Shown: positions 8,972 through 17,547 of the stretch, piece after piece
How the letters are laid out: the number at the start of each line of letters is the position of its first letter
Numbering within the stretch: position 1 is the stretch's first letter
From: a virus
Lineage: Duplodnaviria > Caudoviricetes
IMG/VR virus record: IMGVR_UViG_3300014656_001725
Location: 1-39,421 of that record
DNA length: 39,421 nt
Direction: 5' to 3' (one strand)
Position numbers and translations under genes: made by a program
Notes under the pieces: generated by a model
Seen by the model: only the letters and a program-made list of their open reading frames with translations
The model's database searches: none
Told to the model about the DNA's origin: nothing

Positions 8972-9945
8972 TGAACAAAGTTATAATAGGTATTCTAATA
9001 GCTGCTTGTGCAGTAGCTTTCAGTCTCCTAATAAAAATTCAGTGTAATAACGCTGCCTTAGCTAATACAAACAGTAAGCTCCAAGAGACTCTCATGACTC
9101 AGAATCTGGAGTTGGGCAGGGCTCATACTCAGTTCGGAGAAGCACAAGATCAGATTGGTAAGCTAGAACAAAGGATTCAGGATGAAATTAACACAAGAGA
9201 TGCATTATTGACCAGGTATGGTGAATTAGAAGCTAAATTAGAACAAGCAGTAGTTCCTAAACCCGTGAAAACAATAGTAAAATATGTAGAGGGTCCTCCA
9301 ATAGAGATACAACAGGATCTCATTTCAGGACTTCTCTATCAGGCGGTAGCAATACATACTCTCAGCCCTATAGATAAACTCAAAGGGACCTATAAAGACC
9401 ACAGATTAGATATTTCTTGTCTAATTCAGCCTTCTCCTGGAGAGCTAGATATACCAATTCTAATTGGATATAACCTAACTCTTCGGCTCAAAGGAGTCTA
9501 TGCAGAGACCATTACTCCCGAGGGGGCAGTAAATAACTACGTGACTCTATATGAGGTAGATAAAGAAGGTAATGAAATCAAGAAGTTAGAGCTAGAGAAG
9601 TTTGAGATGGTAGTCACAGACCTCAGAAGTTCTCAATTCTTCTGGTGGGCTCCTCATGTTAGCATAGGGGCCTACATAGGCTATCAGACGCGCGAGAAGC
9701 CCTCTCTAGGAGGTTCTCTGGGAATTTCCTTAATGGGGTATGGGTTGACTGAGAATGACCTCTCCTGGCGCTTCCTACAGCTTTCTTTTGATATCTCAGA
9801 GACTATAGGGTTTGGAATAGACCCAGTTATGTATAACCTGGGTGGACCTATTCCACTTATTTCAAACTTATGGATCTCTCCCCACATTGGAGTAGATATA
9901 GAAGGTTTCTTTACCTTTGGATTAGCAATAGGAGCAGTAATCTGA
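8971..9945 (+). CDS. Membrane-anchored coiled-coil protein with Gly/aromatic beta-strand C-terminus (spanin candidate)
   Basis: N-terminal TM helix, long heptad region, Pro-rich hinge, alternating strands ending FTFGLAIGAVI. Confidence 0.45.
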   Translation: MNKVIIGILIAACAVAFSLLIKIQCNNAALANTNSKLQETLMTQNLELGRAHTQFGEAQDQIGKLEQRIQDEINTRDALLTRYGELEAKLEQAVVPKPVKTIVKYVEGPPIEIQQDLISGLLYQAVAIHTLSPIDKLKGTYKDHRLDISCLIQPSPGELDIPILIGYNLTLRLKGVYAETITPEGAVNNYVTLYEVDKEGNEIKKLELEKFEMVVTDLRSSQFFWWAPHVSIGAYIGYQTREKPSLGGSLGISLMGYGLTENDLSWRFLQLSFDISETIGFGIDPVMYNLGGPIPLISNLWISPHIGVDIEGFFTFGLAIGAVI

Positions 9946-10652
9946 GACTCAACTTCTCAGAAACAAAGACCTTTTCTGAATGTCCCAAATATTATTGGGA
10001 ATCCAGAAAGCTTCTCAAGAAACCTATAGATAGGATGAGGGCAATTACTATTAGCGCTATCAAGAAAGCTTATCTAAGGTCAATAGAGACAGGGTATAGA
10101 GCTAATTGGCGTCAGATAATGGGTTGGATAGATGTAAAAGTCTTCAAAGATATAGATATAAATGACCAACAAGTTTTCCAGGCGAGTAGAAAGTTAGCTG
10201 AGTATTGTCTAATAGCAGCGAAGAAATGGTATGAAGATTTTTATCTCAAGGAAGACTATTATACCTATATAGATATGACACTTGGGATTGAAAAAGGTAG
10301 TCATTATTTCTATGAAAGCTTAGATGGTATACAATTGTCTAAGCCAGTGAAAGTAATGGTCTTTTCTAGAGATGAAATAACTACAGAGACAATGTATAAT
10401 GATTTTTTAATGCGGGGGAAAGCTTTAATAGTTGCTCACAATTTAGGCTATCAACCAATAGCTCTACGTGTATGGACAATAGGAGATTATGGAGCATTCT
10501 CTACATATGAACGAGTTATTCCTCAATGCGCCCATAAGAGGACTCTCAAAGGTGCTATTGAGGTTGCAGATGCTATTCAAAAAAGGGTATCATATCCTTC
10601 TAGAACATCTGCATGTCATGAGTGTCCAATATTTAGGAGGTGTAGACTCTAG
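9942..10652 (+). CDS. Degenerate RecB/Cas4-like Fe-S protein; probable CTG start
   Basis: FSETKTFSECP...CHECPIFRRC four-Cys staple; AGGAG at 9930-9934 precedes CTG 9942, overlapping the upstream TGA. Confidence 0.65.
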   Translation: MRLNFSETKTFSECPKYYWESRKLLKKPIDRMRAITISAIKKAYLRSIETGYRANWRQIMGWIDVKVFKDIDINDQQVFQASRKLAEYCLIAAKKWYEDFYLKEDYYTYIDMTLGIEKGSHYFYESLDGIQLSKPVKVMVFSRDEITTETMYNDFLMRGKALIVAHNLGYQPIALRVWTIGDYGAFSTYERVIPQCAHKRTLKGAIEVADAIQKRVSYPSRTSACHECPIFRRCRL

Positions 10653-10792
10653 TGTTAAAAATAAAAGATAGTACTGGTCAGACAGTAGCCATTCTCAAAG
10701 ACGAGGATACTGTTCCAGAATTGACTGAAGTAGGTAAGAAAAAGGAAGAGGAAGTAAAGGAAGAAGAGGAAGGAGAATCTCAAGATGAGTAG
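10652..10792 (+). CDS. 46-aa acidic protein absent from the ORF track
   Basis: AGGAGG then GTG; MLKIKDSTGQTVAILKDEDTVPELTEVGKKKEEEVKEEEEGESQDE*; fills the gap exactly. Confidence 0.65.
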   Translation: MLKIKDSTGQTVAILKDEDTVPELTEVGKKKEEEVKEEEEGESQDE

Positions 10793-11135
10793 TTATACCG
10801 ACTTTGCAGAATTACAAGCGAGACAGCTCAAGAAGGCTGAGGATATGTCTCTCAAGTGTGTGATTTGCCCCAAGTGTGGATCTCAATGGTTTGAAGAAGT
10901 AGAATTCCAACGATATCAGACAGAGCATAACCTGATTGTTGGACAACATATTCCTGCGCGCCCAGGCTCAGTTCCATTTGTGATGCTCAGATGTGGCAGA
11001 TGTAGCAATCTCATTGAACCTAATATCGTTAGTCAGGCTAGAGATATTGGTGCTAGAGATTACGACCATTTCTTAGATACAATGGAAGGTAAGGAAGATA
11101 AGCGTCCAGATACTATTCCTAGCGTAGAAGTATGA
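10785..11135 (+). CDS. Zinc-finger protein
   Basis: CPKC and CGRC; AAGGAG RBS. Confidence 0.65.
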   Translation: MSSYTDFAELQARQLKKAEDMSLKCVICPKCGSQWFEEVEFQRYQTEHNLIVGQHIPARPGSVPFVMLRCGRCSNLIEPNIVSQARDIGARDYDHFLDTMEGKEDKRPDTIPSVEV

Positions 11136-11455
11136 AGCTAAAAGACAGTAATATCTTTCCTATCCCGGGGAATACTCACATGATTCACCTGGGAACAATC
11201 TCTCACAATCTGAGGGAGTTTATCGTAATGCTCTGTGTCAGAGGTTCTCACAGAGGAAAGTGTTACATAGAAGAAGTAGTCCTCAATACAGTAGATTTCT
11301 CTAGTGATATCACTGCAAATTGTAAGTTCATAACAGATGATTCATTAGTTGAGGATTTACATGCATTTGCGGAAGAGAAGGGTCTTCTGAATATGACACG
11401 TATAGAAGAACTATTAAACAGAGGTACTCTCCCATGGATATTAGGAAACGGATAA
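11132..11455 (+). CDS. Hypothetical protein
   Basis: ATGA-coupled ORF. Confidence 0.65.
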   Translation: MKLKDSNIFPIPGNTHMIHLGTISHNLREFIVMLCVRGSHRGKCYIEEVVLNTVDFSSDITANCKFITDDSLVEDLHAFAEEKGLLNMTRIEELLNRGTLPWILGNG

Positions 11456-11697
11456 GGTTAATCTTAGGTATTAAACCTAAGTCTCCAGTTGAAATAGTTG
11501 AATCGGTGGGGAAATATGTCCAAGAGATAATAGAAGAATTCCAGCGACAAGAAGACCAGTATTTTATCTCCCCAGAGCTAGCACAAGACCTCTTCTCTTA
11601 CCGTGGAGTTGAAACTACTGATAGGATAACCGTAAATACCACTGGGACTGGTCTACCTTCTGGTACTTGGGACTCTACAAGCATTGAATTCCACTAG
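11434..11697 (+). CDS. Hypothetical protein
   Basis: GAGGT RBS, tiles the operon. Confidence 0.55.
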   Translation: MDIRKRIRLILGIKPKSPVEIVESVGKYVQEIIEEFQRQEDQYFISPELAQDLFSYRGVETTDRITVNTTGTGLPSGTWDSTSIEFH

Positions 11698-12196
11698 ATT
11701 TAGACACTCTTATAGAGAGAGTGCAAGTCGACTTCATCAAAAAGTGGGGGAAATACTTAGGTCTTCCCCTGCTCTGAAAGAACAAGGTATCTTTCAGGAG
11801 TATCCTGTAAGTAGAGTTAATCCCTCATATAGAGATAACTCTCATAAGTTTGATTGGGTAATTCTAAATCTCCGTGTAGTAATAGAATGTCATGGAATTC
11901 AACATTATTCAGTTCAAACTTTTGGTATGTCTACGGAAGATGCAATAGATTCTTTCCGTGCCCAGCAGAGGAGAGACAAGTCTAAGAAACAAGCTGCTCT
12001 TGATGCCGGGTGGAAATACATAGAGATTCCCTATAAGCTAGAAAAATCTCTTTCAGAGGCTACAATACTCAAGATGATAGAAGAAACTGAATGGGGTGAG
12101 GAAGTAGTAGCTCCACCTACACTCCATCAGAAACAACTTGAGAAACAGAGAGCTTACAATAGAGAGATGTATAGGAGGATGAGACAATCTAAGTAA
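11684..12196 (+). CDS. Vsr/DUF559-like endonuclease
   Basis: QEYP, KFDW, VIECHGIQHY, RDKSK, IEIPY. Confidence 0.8.
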   Translation: MNSTRFRHSYRESASRLHQKVGEILRSSPALKEQGIFQEYPVSRVNPSYRDNSHKFDWVILNLRVVIECHGIQHYSVQTFGMSTEDAIDSFRAQQRRDKSKKQAALDAGWKYIEIPYKLEKSLSEATILKMIEETEWGEEVVAPPTLHQKQLEKQRAYNREMYRRMRQSK

Positions 12197-12211
12197 AAGA
12201 GGGGTACAGAT

Positions 12212-12877
12212 ATGTCTCAACTCGTTTCTGATTATACAGACAAGCTTCCTGTCCATCCAACTAAACGATATAAACTTAGAAAGCTGAGTGATATCAAGAG
12301 GATAGTAGTTCACACTACAGATGCTGACTGGTCTATCGAGACTCTAGCAAAATATGACATAAATCCTAATCATATCAGTTCAAGCGGCTGTCCAAAATGT
12401 ACCTATCACGAAGTAATTATGAAGAATGGGATGGTATATTGGTGTGTTCCATATGAAGAGATTACCTGGCACGTAGGAGTTTGGAATCCAGGGTCTGTTG
12501 GTGTGGCACTCATGTATAGATGCTCTGACCTCAACGGCAAAGATGTATATGCCCCTCGCGAAGAAGCTGTTAGGTCGCTTATAACACGCTGTAATGCTCT
12601 CTGCTTCAAGTTCGGGCTCTCTCCCTCATCAGTGGTAGGGCATCGTGAACTAAAGGGTACTGGATGGCTTCCTGGAAAGGGGAGTAGAATTCTACGTAAA
12701 ACTTGTCCAGGTCTCAAGCTCAATCTTGACCAACTACGTACTAGTATTGCTTCTCGTATGCAGACTGTGCTACGCTTAAATGGTTACGATGGTATAGAAG
12801 TAGATGGTATATGGGGGCCAATAAGTAAGATGGCCTTTGATATCCACCAAAGGAGGATGCATGCACAGAATCACTAG
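12212..12877 (+). CDS. N-acetylmuramoyl-L-alanine amidase (Amidase_2) endolysin with C-terminal peptidoglycan-binding motif
   Basis: IVVHTT, YH, WHVG, VGHRE, KTCPG; VDGIWGP. Confidence 0.9.
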   Translation: MSQLVSDYTDKLPVHPTKRYKLRKLSDIKRIVVHTTDADWSIETLAKYDINPNHISSSGCPKCTYHEVIMKNGMVYWCVPYEEITWHVGVWNPGSVGVALMYRCSDLNGKDVYAPREEAVRSLITRCNALCFKFGLSPSSVVGHRELKGTGWLPGKGSRILRKTCPGLKLNLDQLRTSIASRMQTVLRLNGYDGIEVDGIWGPISKMAFDIHQRRMHAQNH

Positions 12878-13283
12878 AGAAATATTAGATCAAGAGAAGT
12901 TCAATAATAGTCAGATTTTAATAAGGGAAGATGCTAAGAGGTATTTGCCAAGTAGTTCATACTGGAAGGAAGTAGCAGGAGTATTTAAGCTATACCCACG
13001 TCAAAGTGGTAAAACTACAGCTCTCAAAGAACTCTGTGAACTGAAGAGAAATGCTGGAGAGAAAGTAATTTATGGGGTTCCGTTCGGTACTGCAATGTTT
13101 AAGGAACAACCTGGTGATCTTAACTTTGCAACCCAGTCAGTGACTCCCAACTGGATGAGGGGTCTTGACTACAACCAGTATCATTTAGTTCTAGATGAAT
13201 TTACCTTTTTCCCTAGTGAATGCCTAGAAGAACTACTGAGACATGACTGGAAGTCAGTTACTGCTCTCGGGACTCTAAAGTAA
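12861..13283 (+). CDS. Small P-loop protein with terminase-like Walker motifs
   Basis: PRQSGKTT and LVLDEF; AGGAGG before ATG 12861. Confidence 0.6.
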   Translation: MHRITREILDQEKFNNSQILIREDAKRYLPSSSYWKEVAGVFKLYPRQSGKTTALKELCELKRNAGEKVIYGVPFGTAMFKEQPGDLNFATQSVTPNWMRGLDYNQYHLVLDEFTFFPSECLEELLRHDWKSVTALGTLK

Positions 13284-13868
13284 ATGTGGCATAATAGAGC
13301 TGTCAAATGGTGTCCTGTTATGGTCGACTACCTAAAAGCCCACAGAGATGCCCCTATCATGCAACTTACAATCGCTCTTGGAATGTCTAGAGCTGCCATT
13401 CAGAGAAAACTCGATGAGTTTGACGGGAAGCCACCTCCAAAGAAAGACAATAGGAAGACTAAGATAGGTAAGAGAGAGGACATCTTAGTCAATGGTAGGC
13501 CTCTGTTTGTCAGGTCGGGCTGGGAAGCAAATGTGCTGCGCTTATTGACATACAAGCAGGTGAAATGGGAATATGAATCAAAAGTATTCTTTTTCGAAGG
13601 GATTAAAAGAGGGACAGTGTCCTATTGTCCAGATATAGTTACTCCTAAATTATACATAGAGATTAAAGGACAGTTAACTAGTAAGGGAAGAGCTGCTATC
13701 CGGCGTTTCAAGAAATATTATCCAGATGAGTTCAAGAAACTTAGAGTAATAGTTGGAAGGAAGGGGACAAAAGCAGATAAGTTCTTTAAGGAACTAGGGG
13801 TTCCTGTTTATGCCTACTATAATGAGCTAGACAAGAAGTATCGTAATGTTATTTCAAACTGGGAGTAA
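13284..13868 (+). CDS. HTH plus PD-(D/E)XK endonuclease (T7 endonuclease I/resolvase-like)
   Basis: RSGWE, WEYE, YCPDI, IEIKG; N-terminal LGMSRAAI. Confidence 0.8.
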   Translation: MWHNRAVKWCPVMVDYLKAHRDAPIMQLTIALGMSRAAIQRKLDEFDGKPPPKKDNRKTKIGKREDILVNGRPLFVRSGWEANVLRLLTYKQVKWEYESKVFFFEGIKRGTVSYCPDIVTPKLYIEIKGQLTSKGRAAIRRFKKYYPDEFKKLRVIVGRKGTKADKFFKELGVPVYAYYNELDKKYRNVISNWE

Positions 13869-14427
13869 TATCTTCTCCCGCTTTCAAGAAGAGTTTGATG
13901 GACTAGTCAATGTCCTCTATGCAGTTGAGAATAAACAGTCTATTGTCTTAAAAGATGGTTATCAGAGAGAGCTATACAGGAGAGCTTCTTTAGCTACTAG
14001 AAGAAATTCTTTCTCTGTCTCACGGGAAGATATAGAACAAGAGCTACGTTTAATCTGGTACAGACTCTATACAAATAGACAGAACTGGCAAACCCAATCA
14101 ATTAAGTCTTACTTACTTAGACTCTCAATATTTGATTTATCCTTCTGGTATACTAAGGAGCTAAGAGTTCCTGATAGAGAGTTAAAAGAGATAGAGGATG
14201 AATCTTTGGTTTTACCTAGTCTCTATTTTTTATCAGCGTTCCAGATATATATGATATACTTGCATTTTATTCAAGGATTATCTATAGTTAAACTGAGTAA
14301 AATCCTCAAGAAGGATAAGAGAACTGTTCGCAAGTTGTTGCGGGAAACAATAAGGAAGGTAAAGAAACATGTCAATTATGGATCCACAGACGCAAGCAGA
14401 CCTAGTTGCACGAGAAGACGCCTATGA
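13846..14427 (+). CDS. Phage sigma-factor-like protein
   Basis: Region-2-like EDIEQEL and region-4-like HTH GLSIVKLSKILKKDKRTV. Confidence 0.6.
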   Translation: MLFQTGSNIFSRFQEEFDGLVNVLYAVENKQSIVLKDGYQRELYRRASLATRRNSFSVSREDIEQELRLIWYRLYTNRQNWQTQSIKSYLLRLSIFDLSFWYTKELRVPDRELKEIEDESLVLPSLYFLSAFQIYMIYLHFIQGLSIVKLSKILKKDKRTVRKLLRETIRKVKKHVNYGSTDASRPSCTRRRL

Positions 14428-14599
14428 AGCTAAAACTGTAGTAGAGAAGGTAGAATTCCCTGGTGTTACAGCTATGAAAGAATTGAAGAGTACAGAAGAA
14501 GTAGCCAGTCTATTAGCTCTTCTGCTCAAAGCGCGGACTAATGTAGTAGAGATGAAATATGTTGTTGGAAGTCACGTAGAATTTACAATGACTCGGTAA
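14369..14599 (+). CDS. Hypothetical protein, last gene of the + block
   Basis: AAGGAAGG RBS; 3' end overlaps the convergent gene by 17 nt. Confidence 0.6.
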   Translation: MSIMDPQTQADLVAREDAYEAKTVVEKVEFPGVTAMKELKSTEEVASLLALLLKARTNVVEMKYVVGSHVEFTMTR

Positions 14600-15026
14600 C
14601 AGGTTGTTCTACTTGTCTTGCCCGTTCAGTTTCTACTATTTCTTTCCAAGCTTCAGCTACATCTAAATCAGAGATTACATCCTTATCTATTAGAGTCTTG
14701 GCTAGAGCCCTGAGATTAGCTGTGATTTCTAGAAGAGCATTAGTATGCTTTACAATCTCTGGAATCATGGTTAAGAGGTCATGTCTCAAGATATCTGCAA
14801 GATTAGTATTAGCTTCTAGATGAGTTTTTACTCCTTCAAGCGCGGTACCAAGATGTTCTTGTTGATTTTCAGGGTCTGAAGTAAATCTCTGTAGTCCCTT
14901 AGAGAATAACTCCATTCCCTTAGCTCTATTTATATCGATCAGATCTAGAGGTCCAGGATTCTTTCCTGGCTTGGGAAGTATATTTGAATCTCTAGTTGTT
15001 CTCGGTAGATTCTGTAGGTTTGTCAC
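14583..15026 (-). CDS. Hypothetical helical protein
   Basis: ORF track, purine-rich RBS. Confidence 0.6.
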   Translation of the reverse strand: MTNLQNLPRTTRDSNILPKPGKNPGPLDLIDINRAKGMELFSKGLQRFTSDPENQQEHLGTALEGVKTHLEANTNLADILRHDLLTMIPEIVKHTNALLEITANLRALAKTLIDKDVISDLDVAEAWKEIVETERARQVEQPVTESL

Positions 15027-15324
15027 TTTCTTCTTCCTTTGGGTGTTTGCTTCTTTTAATTTCTGCTTCCGCTTCTTCTCTGGTTAAGAATATTTGATCT
15101 TCACCATACCAAACAAGAGGTAGTTCTATTTCCTCATCTACTCTCACTCTGTATGTACTATTAGGCTCATCATAACTCTTACTATGGGTCAATATATCGC
15201 TAATTTTAACCTCTTTTGATTCTGTTTTCATTTCAAAGTTACTGAGCTTACAGGTTGGGCATGGTGAAGAACCTACTACTTCTTCTGTTATGATCCACAC
15301 TTTGTCATTCAGCTGGTGTTTCAC
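14992..15324 (-). CDS. Hypothetical phage protein
   Basis: CPTC and C-terminal IFLTREEAE motif common in phage proteins. Confidence 0.65.
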   Translation of the reverse strand: MKHQLNDKVWIITEEVVGSSPCPTCKLSNFEMKTESKEVKISDILTHSKSYDEPNSTYRVRVDEEIELPLVWYGEDQIFLTREEAEAEIKRSKHPKEEESDKPTESTENN

Positions 15325-15559
15325 TTTCCTCTTCTTTCTCTACTATTTCTGCACACTTACAGATGATGGGTAGTCTGTCATACTTCTTTAGTGGTTTGAT
15401 AGCAAATCTATCGTTACCAAGGTCTAACCACTGTCCCACTATCCCCGTCCCGTAACACCTATTACAGGACTGCTTGATTAGACGCTCTACTCCTTCTAGC
15501 TCAATTAGACTGTATCTAAACGGTCTACTAAGCTTTTCAAGAGCTGTATGTCTTTCCAT
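15305..15559 (-). CDS. Zinc-finger protein (DnaJ-type CxxCxGxG)
   Basis: CNRCYGTG...CKC; AGGAG RBS. Confidence 0.6.
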   Translation of the reverse strand: MERHTALEKLSRPFRYSLIELEGVERLIKQSCNRCYGTGIVGQWLDLGNDRFAIKPLKKYDRLPIICKCAEIVEKEEESETPAE

Positions 15560-16176
15560 ATGATACTCCTGATACTATTGTATCTTTCCTTATTCCCGTT
15601 GTTCCGAATTAAATAGCTCGGATGGTACATAGGGAATATATCACATTCCCTGCCAGAATTGGCAGGGAATTCTTTCTGAAATAATCTTCCTCTATAGTCT
15701 CCCATTTTGATGCTACTCATTCCTAAGATAGAAGCTGTAGCTACTGCCCCGAGAGGAACAATAATCCTTGGTTGGAGAAGTCTAATCTGGTCGAAGAGGA
15801 AGACATTACAGGCTTTCTTCTGAGCAGCTGTAGGAGGAGTATTCTCTCTTCCACTACCTGGAGGGGCTATAGGTCTGCAATTTATTGTATTTGTGAGCCA
15901 CCAGTCCTTCGTAGACATGCCTACTGATGCCCAAATTTCGTCTAGTTTCTTTCCTGCCGGGCCTGAGAATGGAGTCTTAGTTAGATCTTCATTCTTTCCT
16001 GGAGCCTCGCCTACAATCATGAGCTTATTCTTGGATGTTCCTCTAGCTACACAGCATCCATGTAGACCTTCTTGAGAGCCTAGTTCACATCTCCTGCATC
16101 CTGTAGTTTCTAGAAAGTGCTTGAGGTCTTCTATTCTATGAAAGTTGGGGATAGTATCATTAACCCTCAGTACCAT
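15505..16176 (-). CDS. Family 4 uracil-DNA glycosylase (4Fe-4S)
   Basis: CRRC, IVGEAPG..ED, PFSGPAG, NCRP, MYHPSY. Confidence 0.92.
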   Translation of the reverse strand: MVLRVNDTIPNFHRIEDLKHFLETTGCRRCELGSQEGLHGCCVARGTSKNKLMIVGEAPGKNEDLTKTPFSGPAGKKLDEIWASVGMSTKDWWLTNTINCRPIAPPGSGRENTPPTAAQKKACNVFLFDQIRLLQPRIIVPLGAVATASILGMSSIKMGDYRGRLFQKEFPANSGRECDIFPMYHPSYLIRNNGNKERYNSIRSIIWKDIQLLKSLVDRLDTV

Positions 16177-17179
16177 TTTTGTTTTCCTTTTCCAATCTGG
16201 CCGCAACGTCCAGAACTTGGTCTAAGGACATTCCCTTTGTTTGTTTTATTAGACCAATAGCATTTGGGAAGTTTTTCAATATTCTTTTTCTTATGTCTTC
16301 TGACGGAGTAGCTATTTCTCTTACTATCCGAAATCGAGAAGGTCTGTTTTTAAGGGCTGGGTCAACTAAGTTTATATTATTTGCAGTCAGAATAAATATA
16401 ACCGGTCCTGTAGGAGAATATATTCCATCAAAAATGTTAAGGAGAGCATCAAATGAAAATGCTTGGTTTTGTAATACTGGTTCTCTTAAGTTAAAGTAAC
16501 TATCAAAGTCTTCAATAAGAACAATAGATGGGTTCCTAACGTGAGAAAACGTATTAATTATCCCCTGATTTTTAATATCGTTATCAAACGTAACTATTTG
16601 AATAGGTATATTATGTTTATAAGCTAACCATTTGACCAAGAATGTCTTTCCATTCCCAGGAGAGCCATATAAAATGATGCCTGTCTTTGTTTTAGTTACG
16701 AGGCTCTCAGATATATACTTATCTATATCTGAAAAAGTCTCTCTCATTAAAAGAGGGTCTGGAACATAATCTGGTAGATATGTTATTGGATTTGAGCCCC
16801 AGGTTGTTAACATTTCTACCGGGATAGCATCATCAGAGGCGTCTATGTCTGCTATTAGAGTCTTGAGTTTTTCTACATAAATTCTTGGAACTTTAACTTC
16901 AGCCTTAATATCAGTGCCTGTATATCCAGCCTGGAGGAGCCTCTCGTTTATTGAAATCCAAGCTGGAAACCCAATCCATATAAAAGCAACATAAATCTTA
17001 TGTTTGGAACTTGAGTCTTCTTTAATAACTAGCGATAGACCTTTTTCTTTAATAAATTTTATTAGATATTTGCTATGTCTATCTGGTAGAATGAGCGTAA
17101 CAAATGGTATCTCTAAAAGAGTCTTTGCTAAAAATTCTTGAGATTGTTTAATTATTTCACCCTTTAACTCTTTTAGCAT
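16160..17179 (-). CDS. AAA+ ATPase (BCS1-like)
   Basis: GSPGNGKT, VLIEDFD, LLNIFDG, TAN, DPAL..RPSR. Confidence 0.88.
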   Translation of the reverse strand: MLKELKGEIIKQSQEFLAKTLLEIPFVTLILPDRHSKYLIKFIKEKGLSLVIKEDSSSKHKIYVAFIWIGFPAWISINERLLQAGYTGTDIKAEVKVPRIYVEKLKTLIADIDASDDAIPVEMLTTWGSNPITYLPDYVPDPLLMRETFSDIDKYISESLVTKTKTGIILYGSPGNGKTFLVKWLAYKHNIPIQIVTFDNDIKNQGIINTFSHVRNPSIVLIEDFDSYFNLREPVLQNQAFSFDALLNIFDGIYSPTGPVIFILTANNINLVDPALKNRPSRFRIVREIATPSEDIRKRILKNFPNAIGLIKQTKGMSLDQVLDVAARLEKENKNGTEG

Positions 17180-17547
17180 TGGTAATCCTTAACCTCTTCA
17201 TCTGTTCCCAAGCATTTATTAATATCAGACTTAAATACGGATCTATCCGCATTCCACTGATGGACCTCTTTAATGAGTTCTATACTTGGTTCCTTCCGGA
17301 TTGCTACTTCTACATCCCAGAGATGGTCATTAATATCGTATAGACCTGTGATAGATCTATCTAACAGCTGTCCTGTTTTTCCTCCAAGATCTAGCTCGTC
17401 TACTTCAAATCCTGAGCCCTTAATAGTTTCAATTAATTCTCTCAGGGCTGTCATTCTTCCTTTAGCTGACCTAATTTTGGAGAATTTAATCATTAAGATG
17501 GTAAGTCTATCTATGATTTCTCCCATAGATTGTTTGGTTGTTCTCAT
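17173..17547 (-). CDS. DUF6165-like helical protein
   Basis: GEIIDRLTIL..K, N..LWDVE..IR, N..R...K..IN, EVK.Y. Confidence 0.65.
   Translation of the reverse strand: MRTTKQSMGEIIDRLTILMIKFSKIRSAKGRMTALRELIETIKGSGFEVDELDLGGKTGQLLDRSITGLYDINDHLWDVEVAIRKEPSIELIKEVHQWNADRSVFKSDINKCLGTDEEVKDYQC

Noticed and set aside
8971-9030. Lipoprotein signal (IAAC)
   Set aside because: Cys is at position 13 and the hydrophobic stretch continues after it, fitting a TM anchor better
5268-10652. CRISPR-Cas locus suggested by Cas4-like genes
   Set aside because: No repeat-spacer array or other cas genes seen; solo RecB/Cas4-like nucleases are common in phages
12861-13283. Terminase large subunit
   Set aside because: Only 140 aa, no nuclease domain, no portal context
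14583-14599. Bidirectional terminator at the convergence point
   Set aside because: The two genes overlap and I saw no hairpin with a U-tract
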